Source of the DNA: Klebsormidium nitens
Taxonomy: Eukaryota > Plantae > Klebsormidiophyceae
Length of the DNA stretch: 64,000 bases
Assembly: GCA_000708835.1 (NCBI GenBank)
Contig: DF237350.1
Location: 21,172-85,171 of the forward strand
Direction of reading: 5' to 3'
Part shown: one piece after another, positions 50,791 through 64,000 of the stretch
How the letters are laid out: every line of letters begins with the position of its first letter
Position numbering within the stretch: the first letter of the stretch is position 1
Translations under genes and position numbers: made by a program
Notes under the pieces: model-generated
Told to the model about the DNA's origin: nothing
The model's input: only the letters and a program-made list of their open reading frames with translations
Database searches by the model: none

Positions 50791-53579
50791 ACGAAGCGTT
50801 TGAGAAAAATGAGCGGCGGCTCGGGGCTGGCCGCAACAGCAGACAGAGATCAGAGCTAGCTTACTAGGGCCCGGTGAAGAATGTTCAGCCACCGGGCATT
50901 CTCAATGGAAGCGGGGGACCGGGCCGGCTCGCTAGCGTGACAATAATGTAATGACGAACAGGCCACTGCTGGCCGTATTGTGGGCAGCAAGCTGGGCAGA
51001 CATGCAGACATGCAGACATGCAAGGGTCTTTATCAATGTTACATACCTGGCGGTGCATCGTGTCGGAATCATTTGAAGAGTACTTGGAAAAACGTTCTTG
51101 AACGATCTTATCGGTAAGGGCCTGGTCAGGGATCGGTCATGCAGTGATAGAAACGATGCCTCAGTGTCATTCGACAATTAGGCGCTTGGATTGAAGAGAT
51201 TGAGAAACGCTTGCATATGATCGCATGCGGTCAAGCTCTTAGGATCTCGAGCGGCATACGGCCGCCTACTCTGGCACGGTAGAAGGCATGGCGGCGCAGC
51301 GCTGTGCGCGCTCCCACTTTATGGCATACTCGAGAAGCTTGAGAATCGAGCTGATATATATGATGGGATTCCAATGGCAGCTATTGCCAAGCAACACTAG
51401 CTTGCCAGAGCGCGGCCCGCCATACATAGTACGTGCACTTGCTGATGTTTGCCATGCACTGAGGACGTTCTTACTTGGTTAACCTACAAGCGTACGGATC
51501 TGCGCGGTGCGCATCGTCACCGTATCATGCGTCGATAATTATATAGCTATATGCCATGTCGAATTACTGGCATGCTCCGCGGCATTGAAAGTTTGGGAGG
51601 GCAGTGTTGCATTGGCCGCAATATAGCTAGACGGTCATGAATCACGAGATCACATTTTCCTCGCTGGGCCCGCGGGCGTCTGTCATGAGTAACATGCACG
51701 TTAAGGTTAAATGATACTACAGGCTAGTGTAAGTAGTGACCGTCGTGTCTTGTAGAGCTTGCATAAATTGCCGCGCGGGCCTTGGCCGCCATGTTTCAGT
51801 ACGATAAGCACGGGCTTTGTAAACGCCGCGCAGTCAACAACTCATGCCTGCGGAAGCGCATGCCAGGCAAAGTGATCGAGCGAGGCTCTTGGCGCATTGC
51901 AGCATGACAAAAACTCCAATATGGTCCGGGTACAAGTCGGATCAAAGAATTCCACTAGTTGGCATCCGGTCCCGTATCGTCGGCTTCAATGTAGTCCAAA
52001 ACAGGCAGATTTTCGTGATTGATTAGATAAATTACCATGACTTCAGTGCATGTGCGTCCGATGCGGATGGCTCAAATCCTGTTTGCTCAAATAGGTAGCC
52101 AAGCTTTGTCCTACAGGCATATAGGTCCGTGAACTATCCTAGAACTGTCTATTTTAAAGTAAGTTCCATCCTCAGACCTCAGACAGCGCAGACCGCTATC
52201 ACCAGCTCCTAGCACTTACCGTTTGCACGGCCAGCTCTAGCACCCTCACGCACAGACTGAGGTATCACCAATGTAACGACATCACCGTTGAAAGTACTGC
52301 GTCAGGAGCGCCGTTTCGTGGGTCAATTGAGGTCGGCGTTGGCCCTTGACTTGCGGATAGTTTGGCGCGTAGCAAGAGATCTCCTGTTCGGGAAGGAAGC
52401 CCTGTCAAAGTGGACAGTGGAAGGCCAAGTCAGAAGAGTGCAGCTGAACGAAGATATAAAGACAACCTACTCCCAAAATCAAAGATGAATGAAAGCGTCA
52501 CAAGAAAGATCAAAACTTGAAAGCTTATCTGCCGATAACACAATCGGTCCTAAGTACGTCCAGTCTTTCCTGATTCGATGCCCTTTACTGTCGTCTTAAA
52601 GCGAAGGTGCTGACGAACGCCAAAAAGTCCTTCAATGCACGGCCTAAGGGCCACATGGATCACACCGCACTTCAGAAGACTCGCAGGGCTGTAGGCAAGC
52701 AGGAAAGCAAGCAAACGAGGTGGCTTGGACAGAAAAGTCTTGGGCGAAAGGTATCGATCAAAGATTTGGAGATCATCAATACATTTCGAGGGTTTGGCTG
52801 CATCAAGTGGAACTAGAAAACACCAAGGAAGGTGTCCGACAGTGACGATATCTTGGAACATAGCCCGCCGTATTTGCCATCAGACCATCCGTGAGATCCA
52901 AACACTATACGGTGCTCTTGTAAGCGTGGCAAAGCAACCACAAGCGGACGTTTGTGACTTCAGCAACTTCAAAACTACATTAGAAGGAAGTATCAAGATA
53001 ATCAACCAAGGACTGACCAAGTCTTGCAAACGGCGTGTAGAAAAATAGGAAGCTGTTACAGTAGTCAGTTTGTGTGTCCTGGCTCCTCAAAGTGGTGCTA
53101 AATAAGGGCCATTCAGACCTCAAATACTTCAAATCTCCTGACTGGTTAGTTTTTGTTGACCCTGGAATGCTCTTGTTCTGACCTGGTTGCAGAATCAAAC
53201 GAAGGACACGGTGCATATTCTGATGAGCAGCAACCAAAGGAGCTGGTTGGTTAGACATACGCTACTTGGTCAAACCTTGAGTTAACAGACCTCAAAGAAC
53301 TCACCACGCGTTGTCTTCTTATTGCTGCATGAATGAATGAAGCTGCGGCGCATTCCACCTGTGTATGCTGACTCCAACCTTGTCGCTCCCCTTCAGAGTC
53401 AATGCTCAGACTCCTGATGCAAGCTTCTAAATGCAAAACGTCTCCCCTGTGGCCGTGGACCCTCTGGCCTGCTTAAGCCCTGACCTTTTAGAATAAGGGT
53501 ATTACTTGTAACGCACAGTCAGCATATAGACTTCCACAACTCAGACCCTGAGACTGCACTTGCACTTCTGGTCCCTGCC

Positions 53580-54716
53580 CTACTTGGACTCACACGCCAG
53601 CCCGTCTCCTCCCTGGCCCCCTTGCCTGAGAGCCTTTTTGGCCCTCTTTGCAGCACGTGTGTTGCAACCCATGTTGTGTGCGCAGGTCTTGCAGTAGGTG
53701 GAAAGACAGTCCCGGGATGACACATTGTCATGAAAATCGGATGGAGATTTGAGCTGGCCACAGTGGCTGCAGATCTTATCGACCCTCTGCGGTTTTGGGA
53801 TGTGCAACTTATCAACTTGGCTTAAGCTTGCATAGCGCTCCCTGCACCGCTTGGCTGCGCATTGTCTGCATTCAGGGTATAGACCATTGGGCATACGTCG
53901 CGCTTTGGGAAAGGAGCTTGCCGGCTTGACAATGTTGCAAATTCTACATTGCTGAGGAGAGTCTGTCGCTTGCCTGATCGGCATCCTTGCTTGTGCAGCA
54001 GTAACACAGCTCCTACAGGATCTCTGAAGGCCATCCTTTTTTGATCTGTACACCGCAAAGTCACGAAGCTCCTTCTTGAGCCCACACGTCTTGCACTCCT
54101 TTGGCCTCTCCCAGGCCTCCTTCGGAGTAAGTCCCAGGTGGAGCAAGGGCTGCTTCAGACGCCGTGGCTTTAGCACAGCCAGGCAGGCCCGACAGGTGGG
54201 GCTTCTCCTATCAGGATACGCTGCAGTCTCCTTGAAGTCGCAAACCAGCTTTGTGCTCTGGCACTCAATGCACTTCTTGACTGCGCTAGCCGAGTCACTG
54301 GCCCCTTGTGCTGGCGCACTTTGCTTGCTCAAATCGAACCCCTCCTCAATCAAAGCATCCTTCCCTTGCCCGCTCTCCTCACCGCCGTGCTTGCCAGTCG
54401 CATCCCTACTCGCCAACTGTGCAGCTTCATTGCTGAAGACACGGCTACATTCCAGATTTTGAAAGAAAGGCCACGCTGACTGCGGAATGAACTGCTTCTC
54501 TGGATGGGGGAAATTGCTCAATTTTGGTCCTTGTAGTGCTGAAGGAGGGTGGTTTCCTTGAGTGCTGGCCCCAAAGGGTGCGTCTCCGGCCGCGACATCG
54601 AAGATATCTGCTGTGCAGTTCCGCAAACCGAAGCTAACACTCCTGACCAATTGCCCAAAAGTGCCCCTCCCAGTGGAGCGACAGACTCCTAAAAGAGTGC
54701 CAAATAGAGAAGCCAT
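53580..54716 (-). CDS. Intronless 378-aa protein with four tandem C4 zinc-ribbon repeats and a putative mitochondrial/organellar presequence
   Basis: Uninterrupted ORF from a true ATG preceded by in-frame stops. Repeats CIEC…K…F…D…CRAC, CKTC…K…F…DGL…CRSC, CRIC…K…F…NGL…CRQC and CSHC…K…F…D…CKTC. The first ~35 aa are Arg/Ser/Leu/Gly-rich without acidic residues. Confidence 0.8.
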   Translation of the reverse strand: MASLFGTLLGVCRSTGRGTFGQLVRSVSFGLRNCTADIFDVAAGDAPFGASTQGNHPPSALQGPKLSNFPHPEKQFIPQSAWPFFQNLECSRVFSNEAAQLASRDATGKHGGEESGQGKDALIEEGFDLSKQSAPAQGASDSASAVKKCIECQSTKLVCDFKETAAYPDRRSPTCRACLAVLKPRRLKQPLLHLGLTPKEAWERPKECKTCGLKKELRDFAVYRSKKDGLQRSCRSCVTAAQARMPIRQATDSPQQCRICNIVKPASSFPKARRMPNGLYPECRQCAAKRCRERYASLSQVDKLHIPKPQRVDKICSHCGQLKSPSDFHDNVSSRDCLSTYCKTCAHNMGCNTRAAKRAKKALRQGGQGGDGLACESK

Positions 54717-57700
54717 TTATCACGTGCTGTGGGCCTAGGATGAGAAGCCGAGACGCTTCTACTCTGGTTCCACGCAATCTGCATTAGCTGTTGCTCAGGG
54801 ACTTTTTGGTCCCTGCATGATTTCTCTGTTGTGCCAAGCTGCAGCTTCGTTTGAGCGCCTGGGTGTGCATCCCCAGGACCAAATAGACTTCAGGTCACCC
54901 TGTGACCTGAACTGTGGATTCAGCCTCTTTCTTGATCGGTGTTCATCATCATACATACATTGTGCGCAGTTTGGAACGGGCCCCATGCAAGGCTGAAGGG
55001 ATTCCTCATGCGGACGGCACTTTGTCCGAACGCCATTGGCATGTGTAACGCTTTGAACTGTAACCCGACTTGGCGTACGTAGCCGCATTTAAAAGTCCGA
55101 AAATACTGAGCTGCAGCATCAGTGGCGTCCGCGATTTATAGATTAGGGTTTCAACGACGATCTACTATAGCTACCTAGGCCCAGGGAGCCCAATGGCAAA
55201 GGAATCCCTTCAAACGGTGGAGAGAGCCTTTAATGTCAGGAGACGAAGCTGGGTGAGACTCGGAGGCCAGGCGGACTGAAACGCGAAGATGAAGTCTCCT
55301 GGGTAGCGAACTTGAAGCAGGCAGTCCAGCGCCGGAACGGCACCACCAGCACCGGAAAATCGACACCGGAGAATCCCTTCTCTTGGAAGTAAGGTTCAAG
55401 GAGCTCGCAATTCTCATGTGGTTTGGAAGAAGCTGGTGAAGATGATGGAGGCCCGTACGACCACCGCTGATGGGACTGCAGAGATTCCGCCTCTGCGGAA
55501 GCAGTGGTCAGGATGCCTGTGGCCAATGTGTACAGTCGCACTTAGCCAAATCGGATGTCCATTTATCCTGATGCCTCTAACACCTTTTGGTAAACGGTGT
55601 AAGTTAATATGCTAGAAAGGTCCAAGCGAGCGAGCAATTTGATGCAGGATGTGGCAGTTTGCTTTGCATCCACGCTGCGTGCTTGGTGGGTGACAAGCTA
55701 AACTTGCAAGGTTGCTTTATTGATCACTTGACAGCATTGCGTGTTGTCTGTCATGCGGTCTTATGTCGGTGCAATATCATGTCGGTGAACAGACTGCCGC
55801 GCTCAGGCTAACGGCGAAAATGAAAAAGATACGATCTTTCCAGGTCACTCATATGGCATGCACACATCATCCATGATCCCAGTGTTTCGATGCAGGACTG
55901 ATCTTGTGATCCTACATATGATTCAGGACATTGTAGGCCTCCACATGAATACTTCTCTGACTTGACTCTTTGACTTTCGTCATTGGATATGTGGACAGCT
56001 GTGTCTTTTGGCAGTTTTGCGCAGCCAGGTATTCTTGCGATTACCTACTTTTCAGCTTCTGTTGATAGCGCTTACGCTCTCCTAAATCCTGAGTGAGTGC
56101 CTGTTCTGAAAAGAGGGAGTACTAGCGGTTGGTGCTCGCAAACCATCTGTGACGTTGTTCTGGAAAGTTTCAAGCCACCCAAACTTGTTTTGCGAACAGT
56201 CTCATCAGCGCGTTCCATTGGCTTGTACATGGCCATGATCTGGACTATGTTGCTGGCATCAGTGCTTCTACGCCACGATGGAACCCCCGTTTTCCGGCCT
56301 TTGTTTGGAAGTCATACTGTCTTCACGTTTTCCTTCCGCACAACGAGCTTCTCCTTTCCCTGCTTCATCCATAGTTGACGTTTGGGCCTTTCCCTCCTGC
56401 CCCAGAGGCGCCACGGCTTCACAAGGGTTCACGATTGGTTAAGGAAGGCCGGTTTGGCTCCTATCTGAGGCTCTTCTACCAAGTGAAGCTGGTTAAAAGC
56501 TGGGTAGATATCGGTTGATCAGGTTTGATTAGGAGCAATACTCTTTAGTGCTTAAGGACGAGCTTCTTTCAACCGGGAAACTCATCGTTGTGTGCTGGTT
56601 TTGTCGCGCGCAACTTTCTCACGCGCACGCCTCCTGCTCCATTGTTACAGTGACGGACTCCTTGCGACTTTCAGCGCTCCAAAATGTCATTGAAGGCTTC
56701 CTCTACAGCTCTCGTTGGGTACAAAAACTCGATCAAGCCCGCTCAGGTCTGCAGCTCTTTGGACCAGAAGCGCGCCTACCAGACGACTCTGGATGGTCAA
56801 AAGGGCCCCGTGATGGGTTCGCCATGCAGAGGACCACCGGTCGCACATGTCACCAGCTCACAGGATTACAAGGTCCTCGTGTGGGAAGGTGGGATATGCG
56901 CCGAAGGATCTCCAAAGGGGACCTTTACGGTGGCTTGGAAGGTGGCTTCTGTTGTCAATTATGTTCTTTTCGATGGTTTGACACGATTCTAGACTAGGGA
57001 GTGTCTTTTCAATCTCTTATTGAGAAGACGAGCAGGTGTCTTTCCTTGCGACTGATATATTTCTCCTTTGATTCCGATGAGAGTGGGAGGATCTCAACCA
57101 GGGCCGCAAAGTGTGCGGGCTCGAATCCTTTCTCCCTTTCCGTCAGGAAGTCCGCTTCTTCCTGTTCCTCAGAAAGCTCGTCTTTTCTAGAAGGCCGTAA
57201 GAAAACCCGGTTTCCTACCTTCGGGGGGGGTCAAACTGGTTGAAGTGGTGACCCCTCTGGAGTCTGCACGCATGCAGGCTTCCCCCATGCCTTTTGCTCC
57301 TCCAGCAGTGCGCAAGACCGCCATCTCTGTGTCGGGGACTTCGCCACAACCACACAAAATCTAGTTCTTCTGAAGGCTCTCGGGATTCCCTGTCTTCTAC
57401 GTTTCGCCGTGCTTTGTTAGCCCCCAGATCGCTCAAAAAGCCGGCAAGGCTCTTCCAACCCCCAACCCCGTGATCGGGGAAAGCATCGCATAAGCTTGTT
57501 GATCCAATACTTAGGAGCCTGAACTCACGCCTTCTTTTTATCCCCCCAAATTGCCCCAATGTTTCGCGAGGCCCTCCGGACCTCCGGCGTCTCGCAAAAC
57601 CGGGAGAGCTAAGCATCTACTCGACCATGTTCTTTGCAATTGTGCAGACGCATCACTGTTGTAAGTGGACGTTCAAGCCTGACGCGGCCGCAGGGTGAGC

Positions 57701-60569
57701 GCGGCCACGGCCGCGACAGATGCGGGGTCACCCGGCGAGGTTCTCTTTTGCGCACTTGATGAGGCGCTGGCCGTGGGGAGTACCCGGGCGACCAACCGGA
57801 GCATCTCAGGCAGAAGACGGGCGACCGGGGGAAAAGACCCGGGCGGTTGTGGCGGATGCGTCTGGAGTATTCCGAAGAAGGGGATGCAGCTGCAGCGTCG
57901 TTAGTTACAATACCATAGAGGTAAGGACAGGGCACAAAGCTGGCATACCTTTCACCAGATCTTTCACTAGATCAGAAAGGCTGCGTGGACTGCGCTGCTG
58001 GTAAACTTGTCTTACTGCCTAATGTGCACTTTCATTGCCATTACTACACGCTTCTCGAAATCATGTTTTGAACAAGTTGATACCAGAGTAACATTCGGCA
58101 GGCGCGTTCCTGTGAAGGATCAGAGAAAGAACTCACTCGAAGCGCTCCGAAGCAGTACCCCTTACTCCCCCGGGTTCTACTTGCCCCATAAAATATCTGG
58201 ACTAAGCCTCGAGTATCAGACGTCGAAGGCGGGGGACCTTCAGTAATTTTCGCCAGGTCTGCAAGCGCTGCGCTAACCGGAAGCGTCTACAAAGACGCAA
58301 CCCAATCAATAAGCTCTTGAGATTTTTTGATGTTCCCTATTTGATTCTCGTCCCTTCGCATTGCCTTATCTCTTTGCTTCGTCCCTTATCTTGTGGCTTC
58401 GTCTTGAGCCACAACAATAAGCTCTTGAAATAGCGAAGTCCAGACTGGCCCTCTTTCAATGTGTCCCGTGTTCGATACGAAAACGTACGAAGAATCCCCC
58501 TAATAGTCCACGCTAGAAAGCCACTACATTCAAGACTCAGCCGCGAGAGAAGTACTAGAGCTACTGTACTTCTCTCGCTCTACTCAAGGCTCTCGCACTC
58601 CTCCGCAGATCTGATCCCGCTCGTTCGGCTTCCGCCCGCAGTTGTAACAGGAGCGGAAGGACGCGGAGCGGCGTGGGCCAGCTACCGGCACCTAGTGGGC
58701 GACCTGTAGCATGGGTGCGCCGCCTCCAACCTGTTCTAGGCACCGCCTTGGTCGCCCCTCAGGCACTTCTTCTGTCCGCCTAGCAGAGCATAAGCCTTCC
58801 CTGAAAACGAGATTGCTGCAGGGTAATGATTCAGAAGAGCGGCGTTTAGACTGCTTTGTGTCGCCTAAGATCGACCATACCGCCTTGAAAGAATCCAACC
58901 GCGGAGGGCTAAAGTGAGACTTGGAATCTCTCCCCCTTGCAGCATGCAGTGCACGCCATTCTGAACGTTTGCGGGTACATCCGGTCCGCGAGCCCCTCCC
59001 CGCTCGCGTCCCCAGTCGGTGAGCGCCGAATGGGCGCCCAAACTGGTTTGGAAGAACAGTTCGGGCCGTCCCCTTTGGGCGAATGGAGGGGGAGCACAGT
59101 GCGCAGCTCGTGCCGCGATACGCGTGTATTCAAGAATACGGTGTCGGTGGTCGCGGAGATCAACCGGGCAATTCAGGGAGGGTGGGGCGAGAGCCGGAGG
59201 TGCCCAGAAGCTGACGCAGTCGGCGTGGAGGCGCGGTGAGAAAGCTTGATTCGAGAGGCATTTGCTGTGGTTGCAGCAACGATTCTGCTCAGCGACGGAA
59301 GCACTTGTATCTCGCGCTAAGTCCTTGGAGGTGCTATACTGAGTGGCAAGCTTTGCTTGCAGCCTCTTTGAGCATCGATGTGAAAATTTGCATTCCCAAA
59401 TGATCTTTCTTGGGCCTGTGAGCTTTTTGCTGCTGCAACTCCTTCGTGCTCAGACAAAGATGCTAAGAAGTGAACATTTTTCCCACTCGAGACTTCCAAG
59501 ACCAAGGTCACCCTTCACGAATGCAACACACGGCCGCCTATGTGAACTTCCGCAGTCTCACCCTTCTTCCAGCGTCGAATTGCTGCCTTTAGCAGTTTCC
59601 GTGCTTGACTTTTTCCACTTCTCATCTGCGATCACCATCCTTAAAACCTGGCAATTTCCCCGTTCCTCGCAGATGGCGGCCGCATCAAGCACTCCGAACC
59701 CCTCAGCTCTCCTCGCCTTGCAAAGCCAGCGGCCGCGAAGCTAAAACGCCAACCGCCCTCTTTCGCCCGACCGGCTGATGAGCTCCTCTCGGGATCAGCC
59801 ACGTGTCATTCCCTCGTCGACCTTCGGCGCAAAGCTGGCGCCTGAAAAGCCTGCGGTTCCGTCAGCCTCGGCGGGGCGACCTGGGACCCCTTCTTACAGA
59901 GTCGTTTCGTCGCCGGAAAGCATTGGTGTTGTGATTGGAGAGGGACTCAGCTTGGATGCCGATTCGTCGGCAGGAAGGACGAGAAGGGCGACAGAGTAGT
60001 GCGGTGTGCAGCAGGCCGGGTGGCCCGGAAAACCCTCCCGAACGCCATCTCAAGAAGGCGCGAAGGACTGGGCCAGCGCGACGAGCGGAAGAGCCCAGTG
60101 CGGCCAGTGTGAGCGGAACGGAATCAGGTATAGCGAGAGAAAGGCCCGGAGACCAGGGACGCCCGAAAGGAACTGCAATATGGGTTAGCGGCCGCTGAGC
60201 GGCTCCTCCGGAGCGAAGGGATATGAGGTTCCGACTTGGAGTCCGGTTTTCAAGCGAAACGAGCGGGAGGCGTAAGAAACACAAAGCTCGCGGAGCTCGA
60301 GCGACTAAGCGCCGTCTGCGGGGCTGGGAGGACGACGACCGGAGCAGAAGTCTTCGGAACGTATCGGACAAAAGTGACCGGAAGTAGGCTGGAGAGCATT
60401 CCGGCGAGCCTATATGAACGGCTCTGGACGTCGTCTGAGGACGGGCGGAACGCGGACGGGTCGTGCAGTTTCTCGGACCTGATGTCATTGCCGTCGTTCA
60501 AAGAGGCGCTCAAGTCGCGGAGAGGACGATTTCGGACAAAAACTCCGTCTTGGACGGCGCGGCCGGCAA

Positions 60570-63050
60570 TCGTCCGATAATCTAAGGTGGCAGCAAAGTG
60601 CGTCCGAAAATTCGGACCGGGCGGGGATTGCTGGCCGGAAATTTTCACCCGGAAGAGCGGGAAGCCAGAAAAGGTCCAGTCCAAAAGTGGTGTGGACGCT
60701 CGGACGCACAGCTCAGTCCGCTTTGTTGAAACGCTAGTGAGATGTCAGAGCCGACCTTAGAAGAGCGGATCGTCGACGTTTAGGTGGAATCAAGCGGGGC
60801 AAGATTCTGGTGTGAGAGAAATGATGTGGCACGGATGAGGAGTCAGGTACGGACAAGGAGGGGGACAGGAACGTGCCAGACAACGGTCCTATGCAATTCT
60901 GCAACCGCGACGGCTGCAGGTGTGACGAAATGATAAGGGTTAGCCGCAAGAGAAAGGGGCACGCGCGCTTTGGCGCGGCCGCCCCTCTTCGGTAAACCTT
61001 GTAAACCTCCGGCCGGCGTCGACGGGCATGCATGTAACCTCCGGATAAGGTTGACAGGTCGGCAGTCCCGTCCATAGAGCAATCCGGTCCACAGAGTAGA
61101 CAGTGTATTGTGAATCCGGACATGACTGAACTCTAATTCCAATTGACCCAAGGAAGAGGTGTTGAGAAGTAAGGCGCCTTTGGATGCATCTTCTTGTCCA
61201 TGGCCACTGCTCACCAACTACTTAAGCATGAGCATGATGCAATATGAGAGGCTCCGCAGAGTGCCGGTGAATACGGCTGACAGTGTGCATGGTGCGGCGC
61301 CGGAAGCTCCGCCGGAAGTGTACCCCTTTCTTTAGCGGAGACCCGCGTTAATTTGGTGGCGAGAATGGGATCCTCCGAGCTTTGGCACGCCAAGGCCCCA
61401 GTGGGGAGTTCCCAATAGCTCTTTGAGAACTCTTCATGGGTCAAGAGGAAAGTACTCCAAGGAGTACTGATCAGCCGGAGTTCTAGTAGAGGCAGTACTG
61501 TGGCAGGTGCGGAACAGCCCTGGAAGTTCCGGAAGGGATTGGAAAGCAGAAGGAGGAGCTAGGAGGACTTCAAGAAAGCTGCTTCTCCAACTAGACGGCA
61601 AGCTTTGGCCTCCCCTTGTTGGTTTCTGAACAAATTTTAATTGGATCGGAAGTGAAGAGTGAGGTCTTCTTGTCAGGAAGATCATAAAGTGGAGCTGTCC
61701 ATTTGTTGGGATAATTCTCAGTGATTCCGGATGGCCTAGAGCACTTTGCTGGAAGGTTTCACCTTGGGTGTTGCATGCATGGATGGGGGAAGACTCGGTT
61801 ATCTGGGCATCTATGTAAGAAAGTATTTGTGAGGTATTCTAGACTGATCCAGGACTTTTTGCGGAGACTGATCAGATTGCATGTAGTGAGCTCTTCCATT
61901 TTGCATTGAGGCTCTCAAAGTGGAGGATTAAACTTCGGCAAAAGTTAACGACTCTCTGAAGTGGGCTTGAGTACGTGACTTGCCTGAATGAGTTGACCTT
62001 TCAGAGTTTACTTAAGACTTTTGTGGAAGGTCAGGGAAGGGAAAGGTTCCGAAAGAGAATATGTCTCCTTCTAGCATGGCAGGAAGGCTAACTTTTGGAA
62101 AAGCTAACATGTTTCAACACATGTTGTAAGGTCTTTGGTTTGACTTGGCCTGGAGAGAGGAACCAGTTTGAAATCATGTGGAAGGTTGAAAGGATTTTGA
62201 AGAGAACCATTTCGGCTGAGGCTTGATTTGGTGTAACCATTGGTTCAGACTCTTGGACTCTTTTGAAGATCTTTCAGGTTTTCTAGAACGGCTATTGCAA
62301 AGGAAAGGGTTATAACTTGAAGAGAAAGTCTGCTCAGTCTTGCAAAAGCTCTGATGGGCTCTGATGGAGAATATTGAGACCAGCCCATTGAGATGCTGAA
62401 TAGATTATCTCCCCGGAAGTGAGATGTTAAAAGGTGCACCATGCTACAGTGCCTTCCAGCTTTTTTGGTTCTGAGTTCTGGACCCGAGTCTGTTTGAGGG
62501 CACGGGCCTATGCCAGGATACTAACCCGGAGTTTTTCTAAGACTGTCTTCCAGGGAAAACCCGATCCAAGAAGAGATGCTCATGTCAAAGATCATACCCC
62601 TATCTAAGATCTTGGAAGCGACTCTCAAGTTTGCAAGATTGACCCTTTGATGCATCTGATGAAAGAGTGCTTACAGGGTTGCGGATCAGTCTCAAGCTAC
62701 ACTCATTAACCAGCTTCCGCTGACATCAAAGCTGCCACTGATCCTTGCGGTGCGGTAAGGTCTCAAAGCCCTGGAAGGTCTGTGCACTTGACGCATGCAG
62801 AGTTTGATTCAAGGAAGCGTGCAGGCACTGCTTGATGGGCCAATTAGCTTGACTTCCGCCTCTGTTACGATGGAGCGGAAATAGTTGGCAGCAGCAAAAC
62901 GGGTGTGACGTGATCAGCCACGGCTGGAGCGTGGAGTTCTGGTCGGGAGGAAGGGGTGATTGCCATGGCAGTCTGCCCAGTGACTCCGACCGTGACGTCA
63001 ATGTTTGCGGAAGTGCGGAAATGAAACTGTTGTCAGAACGGTTGTTGCAA
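60570..63050 (-). mobile_element. Heavily decayed Ty3/Gypsy LTR-retrotransposon pol relic (protease?-RT-integrase order)
   Basis: Minus-strand remnants in the expected order: protease-like NNRSDNSFIS (~63030); RT EPKKLEGTVAWCTF (~62450), RVQESEPMVTP…LSTF and LQRVVNFCRSLI (~61940); integrase zinc region RVLKELLGTPHWGLGVPK (~61400); LLYGR (~61070); KVG…FWTGPF (~60680). Many stops. LTRs not located. Confidence 0.62.
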
Positions 63051-64000
63051 GATAGAATCAGCCTTTCACCTCGCATGTAGTAAGATGGTTGCGGCGGACT
63101 TACGAGTCCAGCATGCACCGCGCGTGATCATTGAATGGGTTTGCAACGGTGCAAATGCACGGCAGGTCCACTCTGTCATGACTGAGTTGACCTGTCTGAC
63201 TTGCGCCGAGCAGGACAGTGTAAGCGGGATTTCAGGATTTTGTCGAAGGGCGGAATGCAGATAGCAGAGGGTGACTGGCACGGCAGTACTCTTCTTAGTG
63301 ATCGATCCCCGACGTCATTTCTCGCACAAGTGCGGAAGTACGACAAGAGGGCAATGTAGCGGCACGCTGCAATTCCGACAATGATGCTAGGAAGCTCCGC
63401 CGCGCATATCCGCATGCTGTGAACGGTTTGAGAGGGGTGTGACGGACGAGTCCTGCCTGTACTACCGGCGCCGCGGCGAGACACGAGCGGATCCTGCCAA
63501 TGCTTCAAGCTTTTCAGCCAGACAGCCGCTGCATGATTGGTGGGCGGACTCACGAGTTCGATCACCAAATGTATTTGCAAGGTGCAGATGCAGTCTGGCC
63601 CCGGCGGGTCCTGCACTCAGTCACGACTGACTCGGACTACAAGCCTTACTAGCTAGTAGCTGGCTTGCGGATTGAAGCAGGCTCCGGTGGGGCATGTGCT
63701 GTAGAAGTGAGGCGATGATCCAGCTGAATGCGGCATAGCGGATGGCGCGGAAACTCGGCACTGCGCCGAATTTGTGGGCGGCCCAAGTCAGTCTACACTC
63801 AGGGAAAAGTGCGAAGGTGCCCGCCACTTTCCGGAACTGTGGAGTGGCCGGAAGCCGATGTGCGCAAGGGTGACGTAAGGGTGACGCCGGATCTGCGGGA
63901 AGTTGTCGACTTGCATTGCGGCACTGAGTTCGGCATTGCGGAAGTGCGGAAGCCTGTGCATGCGGCAGGCTTTCAGCAGAGCACGGCAGCTTGAGACCGG

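Noticed and set aside
52288-53436. Several short protein-like ORFs suggesting a decayed element
   Set aside because: No RT, recombinase or transposase motif could be recognised with confidence.
63176-63616. LPCQ resembling DNA-methyltransferase motif IV upstream of the Gypsy pol
   Set aside because: No convincing FxGxG motif I at the right spacing and no ENV motif VI. Probably chance.

Overview
Intron-rich eukaryotic genomic DNA with GC-rich exons and GT...CAG introns. The style suggests a green or streptophyte alga such as Klebsormidium, which is an inference. The main feature is a complete 16.7-kb CMC/EnSpm (CACTA-superfamily) DNA transposon at 30585-47260, with CACAG...CTGTG termini, a TTA target-site duplication and mirror-image CGGGCA subterminal arrays. 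It carries two head-to-head multi-exon genes. One is a Tnp2-type DDE transposase on + (one frameshift, one assembly gap). The other is an unannotated ~855-codon accessory gene on - with a SAM-like N-terminus and two exon-duplicated PHD-like fingers. One phase-0 intron of each gene shares a diverged ~950-bp sequence, forming an inverted repeat around the bidirectional promoter. Outside the element are an intact secreted PCC13-62-like (ferritin-fold) desiccation-related gene (24.1-27.7 kb) and an intronless, putatively organelle-targeted protein with four C4 zinc-ribbon repeats (53.6-54.7 kb). There is also a hAT-type MITE (1.7-2.1 kb), a decayed Ty3/Gypsy pol (60.6-63.1 kb) and long stretches of decayed coding-like sequence at 1-23 kb, including local paralogous fragments. 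All calls come from reading the sequence by eye; no database searches were run.
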